IMG/VR virus record: IMGVR_UViG_3300033146_004399
Coordinates: 96,001-160,000 of that record
Reading direction: 5' to 3' (one strand)
Origin: a virus
Length of the DNA stretch: 64,000 nt
This document shows, piece after piece, positions 60,145 to 64,000 of this stretch (position 1 is the first letter of the stretch; every line of letters starts with the position of its first letter). The position numbers and the translations under genes are program-made. The notes beneath the pieces are model-generated. The model searched no databases, had not been told where the DNA came from, and saw only the letters and a program-made list of their open reading frames with translations.

Positions 60145-61035
60145 ATGAGTGAAAATTACAAAATATCAATATACCTCAACAACTATCTTCCTAAATATAA
60201 TCGTACTCAATTATCTAAAAATGAAATAATGCATCTTCCTCTTAAAGATGCAAAAAAAGCTACCCTTTCAGATAAATATACTTATATTTTAAGAGGTGAA
60301 TCTACTATATATCCATACCTCTATGAACTTCTTGATCATCTTCAAGGTAAGAATTTTATTCTTATGACTGAAGGTACAGACCCGGGAGTTTTAATACGTT
60401 ATAAAAAGAAAATCCCGTATCTTTCAATTAATTGGGATGGTTTTCTAAATGATAGAATGAGATTTAATTCCTCTCTAACTAGCAATATTATGAAACTTCT
60501 CGAACATTTTAAAAATAAAGATATGACTGTTCGTATCTCTTATACTTTTACTAAGACTAATCTTCCATGGATTAATGTAGATGCAGATATATTACAGAAA
60601 TTTTATGAACTTTATCAAAATGTTAAAAAGCCTTATTTTATCATTTATCAACAAACTGAAATTTATAATCAGGAAGTATTTACTTGGGTTGGGATAGGTT
60701 TGAAAACAATTAGTATGCTAAGTCATAAAGGCCTCCTTTCACCAAAAAATTTAGCCTTCCTTAACGCGTGGATACATAAAGAGAGTTATGATTGTTATTC
60801 ACCTCGAGGTGAAATGGTGTTAAGCTGGGACGGGAATTTTAAACTTTGCCAATCAATGAGATTTGGCGAAGTTATAGCCAATATATCTGATGGCTCAATA
60901 GAAGAAATTATTGAAGGTACAGAAGATGAAAGGGCTGATTGTGTGAAATGTGCTTTCAGAGAAAATTGCTGGTTATCCTTTCATTATAAAGACAATATAA
61001 ATTTTCTCAAAAATCCAACATTATTACCAAAGTAA
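60145..61035 (+). CDS. SPASM-domain protein, radical-SAM-like but lacking CxxxCxxC
   Basis: C...MVLSWDG.FKLC...ANI...CVKC.FR..C SPASM pattern; no Cys before residue ~215. Confidence 0.6.
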   Translation: MSENYKISIYLNNYLPKYNRTQLSKNEIMHLPLKDAKKATLSDKYTYILRGESTIYPYLYELLDHLQGKNFILMTEGTDPGVLIRYKKKIPYLSINWDGFLNDRMRFNSSLTSNIMKLLEHFKNKDMTVRISYTFTKTNLPWINVDADILQKFYELYQNVKKPYFIIYQQTEIYNQEVFTWVGIGLKTISMLSHKGLLSPKNLAFLNAWIHKESYDCYSPRGEMVLSWDGNFKLCQSMRFGEVIANISDGSIEEIIEGTEDERADCVKCAFRENCWLSFHYKDNINFLKNPTLLPK

Positions 61036-61061
61036 GTATGGTATAAAAGTGTAAATTCATA

Positions 61062-61073
61062 TAAGATAATTAT
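61062..61073 (+). promoter_or_regulatory. Class II promoter TAAGAT-N6-ATG (leaderless)
   Basis: TAAGAT 61062-61067, ATG at 61074, no SD. Confidence 0.6.
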
Positions 61074-61341
61074 ATGAGTGAAAAAAATACTTTAAACCCT
61101 GGCAAAGCGAAACATGTTAAAATGGGTCAACTTTTGGTTGCTAAAGATACTAAGTTGGATCAAGCTACACATAAGTTTCCTTTTGATTTTATTTTTTATA
61201 ATTACTATAGAATCGAAGACGGATTCATAGTATATCAAGAAATGTATTCTGAGAATCATGAAAAGAAATTAAATAAAATGATGATTCCTGATACTATGAT
61301 AGATGATTTTATGACATTTATTGCCGAAGAACAACTTTTAA

Positions 61342-61518
61342 ATGACTGATAGCGCTGCAGCAATCTCCCACCTCCTAAACAAAAGTTGTGCCAATTGTAT
61401 ACATTGTATACAAGAATCGTCTGTATTCTGTACTTTTAGAATGACATCACCCTCAGCTTTCACATGTGATAAATGGAAAAAATTTACAACTTTCACGTGG
61501 AATTTAACACCTAAATAG
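61342..61518 (+). CDS. Cys-microdomain family protein (58 aa, below the ORF track cutoff)
   Basis: MTDSAAAISHLLNKSCANC...FC...FTCDKW. Confidence 0.65.
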   Translation: MTDSAAAISHLLNKSCANCIHCIQESSVFCTFRMTSPSAFTCDKWKKFTTFTWNLTPK

Positions 61519-62553
61519 CATATTTTATTATAAAAAGTTGGAGTTTTTCTTTTGAACACAAATGAAATAGCAAAATCTCTCTTAACATCTGAACAAAATA
61601 TAAATAATGTTATAACTTTTAAAATGAATGATTATAAAAGTATGGATAAAAAAACAATTTTAAATCCAGATACATTTATAAATATAGAACATTATGTCAT
61701 GGCTTTTCAAGTATCTTCCGTTGGAGATGTTGATAAAATTGAATACGCAAATATTCCAGGTTTTATTTTTTGTGATTGGCATCTTAATAATCAAAACGTA
61801 AAAAGAAAAACACAGCCTCACTATATTTGGGATAGCACAATCTTATTTAAAAATGAATTAGTAAAAGCCTATCTTAACGAAATTCAAGTTAAAACAGAAA
61901 AAGTAATAGTAAACCCCTTTGAAAATATATTTAAAGAAAATGTGGTTCAAGTAAACGGTATCATAACTGTTGAAACTACAAAAGACGTAATAGATATATT
62001 TATAAATTCAAAACATCTATATTTTGTCAATAAGGATAGTTTGTATGGAACACAATGAAGCTATAGCTGCCTTAACTGAGAGTATATATATTCAGCCTAA
62101 AGATATTGTTGGGGTGGGATTTATATCTGATGTTAATACTCGTGATGTTGAAACAATGGAAGTTACTTATAGAGGGCAATCATTTACCAAACCAACCAGA
62201 CACCTAGACCAAGAAATAACTGTAAAATTAGATTATATGACTAGAGAATTGACAGCTATGATTATGTCAGGTGATGTAAAAGTTGTGATCATAAAACACA
62301 GAGGAGATTTACATGTTTAATAAAAAGAAAATAAAGAATGCTAAAGAAGAATTTCAGAGAGACTTCAAAGAATTTATTAGAGACCTCCTATTTGAAGATA
62401 CTGGTTCTGCTCTTGGAAAAGCACATAGATTTATTAAACCTTTTTTAGACAGTGGATTAGTTGACAGTTTTGGGTTTGACGTAAATAAAAGCGGGACTAC
62501 AAATACTCTTATAAAATATACAGATGGTGATTCTATAGCTTATACACTCTTCG

Positions 62554-62817
62554 ATGAACAGTCCTAAAGCTGCTAAGAATATATTAGCAGGGAAAAGCTG
62601 CTATGATTGTAGATTTTTTAAGAATGATAAATGCCGTTACGGAAATTTATCGGAAGAATTATGGTGTGATCAGTGGGATAGTCCAAATGGTGCTCATAAG
62701 TTACGTGTCAATTGGACCAAGGAATCTGAAAAAGATATTAAAGCTTACCGTGGACTAAATGTTGAAGAAGAATTAATTAAAGCTGTCCAAACAGAAATAG
62801 ATAAGGAGTTGAAATGA
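62554..62817 (+). CDS. Cys-microdomain family protein
   Basis: AAKNILAGKSCYDC...KC...EELWCDQW. Confidence 0.7.
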   Translation: MNSPKAAKNILAGKSCYDCRFFKNDKCRYGNLSEELWCDQWDSPNGAHKLRVNWTKESEKDIKAYRGLNVEEELIKAVQTEIDKELK

Positions 62818-63282
62818 TATATGATAAAAGAATGGATGCTTTATTAACACAATATCGTAATAAACTAACAGATTCACTTGAGTCAGTAACGACGCCAACT
62901 ACAGAAAGGAAGGTGAGAGTTAATACTCCTTACGGATATGAATATAAAAGTAAGATGGTAAAATTTAAAAGATTGGATTGGAAAGGCACTCCAATTAAAT
63001 GGGGTTTCAATGATGCAGAAGCAGAATTTAATACTAATAATTTTGAAGAACATTTTGTAGTAGCAGACAGAAAACGTATGGATAAAATCATGGCTCACAC
63101 TTTTAAAACTTTTGATAGCTATATAGATAAAGAGGTGGCTAAAATCCTTTTAGAAGGACACTCTGCATTCTTCAATTATCGTGATGCAATAGATGTTACT
63201 GTTGAAGTTACAGAGAGTTGTGTCTCTCCTAAAGGAAATTGTATTACCCATATTATTCTTAAACCTTCAATAACTATAGCGG

Positions 63283-63528
63283 TTGAAGATGGTTGAGGAA
63301 GCCAAAAACATCCTTATAGGGAAAAGTTGTTATGATTGTGCATATCTACAAAAAAATAATATATGTAGTATTGATTCTAAAATAATACCTGAAGAAAAAA
63401 GTTGTCCCAGTTGGTCTCCACCAAGTGAGAATTTAATAGAAAAACTAAGAGATCAAATAGTGGCAGTAGTAGGTGTACCAAAGGAGTATTTATATGGAAA
63501 GAAAAATAATGGAAGCATGGCACGATGA
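63283..63528 (+). CDS. Cys-microdomain family protein
   Basis: EAKNILIGKSCYDC...IC...PEEKSCPSW. Confidence 0.7.
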   Translation: MKMVEEAKNILIGKSCYDCAYLQKNNICSIDSKIIPEEKSCPSWSPPSENLIEKLRDQIVAVVGVPKEYLYGKKNNGSMAR

Positions 63529-63652
63529 AAATTTAATAATAACTAAACATGGTCTTACACAAATGAGAGCATTAATTATAATAGGAACAATTTTAGGATT
63601 TGCACTTGGTATGCAAACAATGTATTTAATTTTACTGTAAAAGGGGTTAATT

Positions 63653-64000
63653 ATGGCATCACGTCTTCCAAGATTAAAGTTTTTTTCCGGTCGTTCAAAC
63701 TTACCATTAGCTAAAAAAGTTATAGATGCTAATGGTATTAAAGGTTCTAAAATTAATTTCTTTGATTTTAAGAATAAAGAGATTAAAGTAAAAATTGAGG
63801 ATAGTGTAAGAGGTGAAGACGTGTTTATTCTCCAGACTACAGCTCCTGACCATCCGCATAAATGGATGATGGAATTATTCATTATGGCTCACACAGCTAA
63901 AAGAGCATCTGCTCGTCGAATAACAGCTGTTATGCCTTATATTTATGGTTCACGTCAAGATAGGAAGACTGAGCCTAGAAGTCCTATAACGATTCAACTT
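63653..64000 (+). CDS. prs: Ribose-phosphate pyrophosphokinase, 5' part (truncated by the window edge; ATG is out of frame)
   Basis: Frame from 63670: KIKVFSGRSNLPLAKK..DSVRGEDVFILQT..MELFIM..AKRASARRITAVMPY..SRQDRK; the SD-preceded ATG at 63653 needs one extra base to join it. Confidence 0.85.
   Translation, partial: MASRLPRLKFFSGRSNLPLAKKVIDANGIKGSKINFFDFKNKEIKVKIEDSVRGEDVFILQTTAPDHPHKWMMELFIMAHTAKRASARRITAVMPYIYGSRQDRKTEPRSPITIQL

Noticed and set aside
771-63882. Antisense and alternate-frame ORFs in the track (e.g. 771-1052, 13351-13716, 23495-23887, 44998-45552, 63490-63882)
   Set aside because: They shadow well-supported genes on the other strand or frame and lack motifs or RBS
1-64000. 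Genome-wide TAG reassignment (code 15)
   Set aside because: Long conserved genes contain no internal TAG and several genes end cleanly at TAG with the next gene adjacent; only isolated readthrough candidates exist
1-64000. CRISPR array
   Set aside because: No repeat-spacer series found; the repeats seen are tandem duplications or coding modules
1-64000. Prophage, plasmid or archaeal element identity
   Set aside because: No integrase or Rep seen; bacterial SD and TATAAT signals and T4-like replication genes fit a large phage, though lifestyle cannot be fixed from one window

Overview
A 64-kb, strongly AT-rich, gene-dense segment of a large tailed bacteriophage, probably a jumbo phage. It has T4-like replication and transcription genes and a bacterial host (Shine-Dalgarno motifs, TATAAT -10 boxes). 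No integrase, rRNA or CRISPR array was seen. Layout: (1) 1-22.6 kb, mostly rightward accessory genes: HD-domain alarmone hydrolase-like protein, RlaP-like nucleotidyltransferase, type II DnaJ, HNH, RtcB, GIY-YIG/NUMOD3 endonuclease, an amber-suppressor-like tRNA (anticodon CUA), an Apyc1-like metallo-beta-lactamase, an RNA ligase and a GNAT. (2) 22.7-30.9 kb, a leftward modular tail-fibre/receptor-binding cluster with a spherulin-4/GH135-like enzyme, a class 3 lipase and C1q-like tips. (3) 31.2-34.5 kb, hsp20-dnaK, with dnaK split inside its DLGG|GTFD motif by a group I intron carrying a GIY-YIG endonuclease. (4) 34.9-42.7 kb, a leftward block of proteins with T4-like capsid-targeting-type N-termini, including nucleotidyltransferases. 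(5) 42.8-64 kb, a membrane PAS/GAF sensor with no output domain, tubulin/FtsZ-family GTPase, primase, helicase, modular PD-(D/E)xK endonucleases, a gp55-like sigma factor, UDP-galactopyranose mutase-like protein and a truncated prs. Two recurrent promoter classes are visible: TTTGG(A/C)-N17-TATAAT, and (T/A/C)AAGAT-N5/6-ATG, which is probably leaderless. About 13 mostly small genes carry frameshifts, in-frame stops or a lost start, while the long genes are intact. All functional calls come from motif recognition by eye; no database searches were run.
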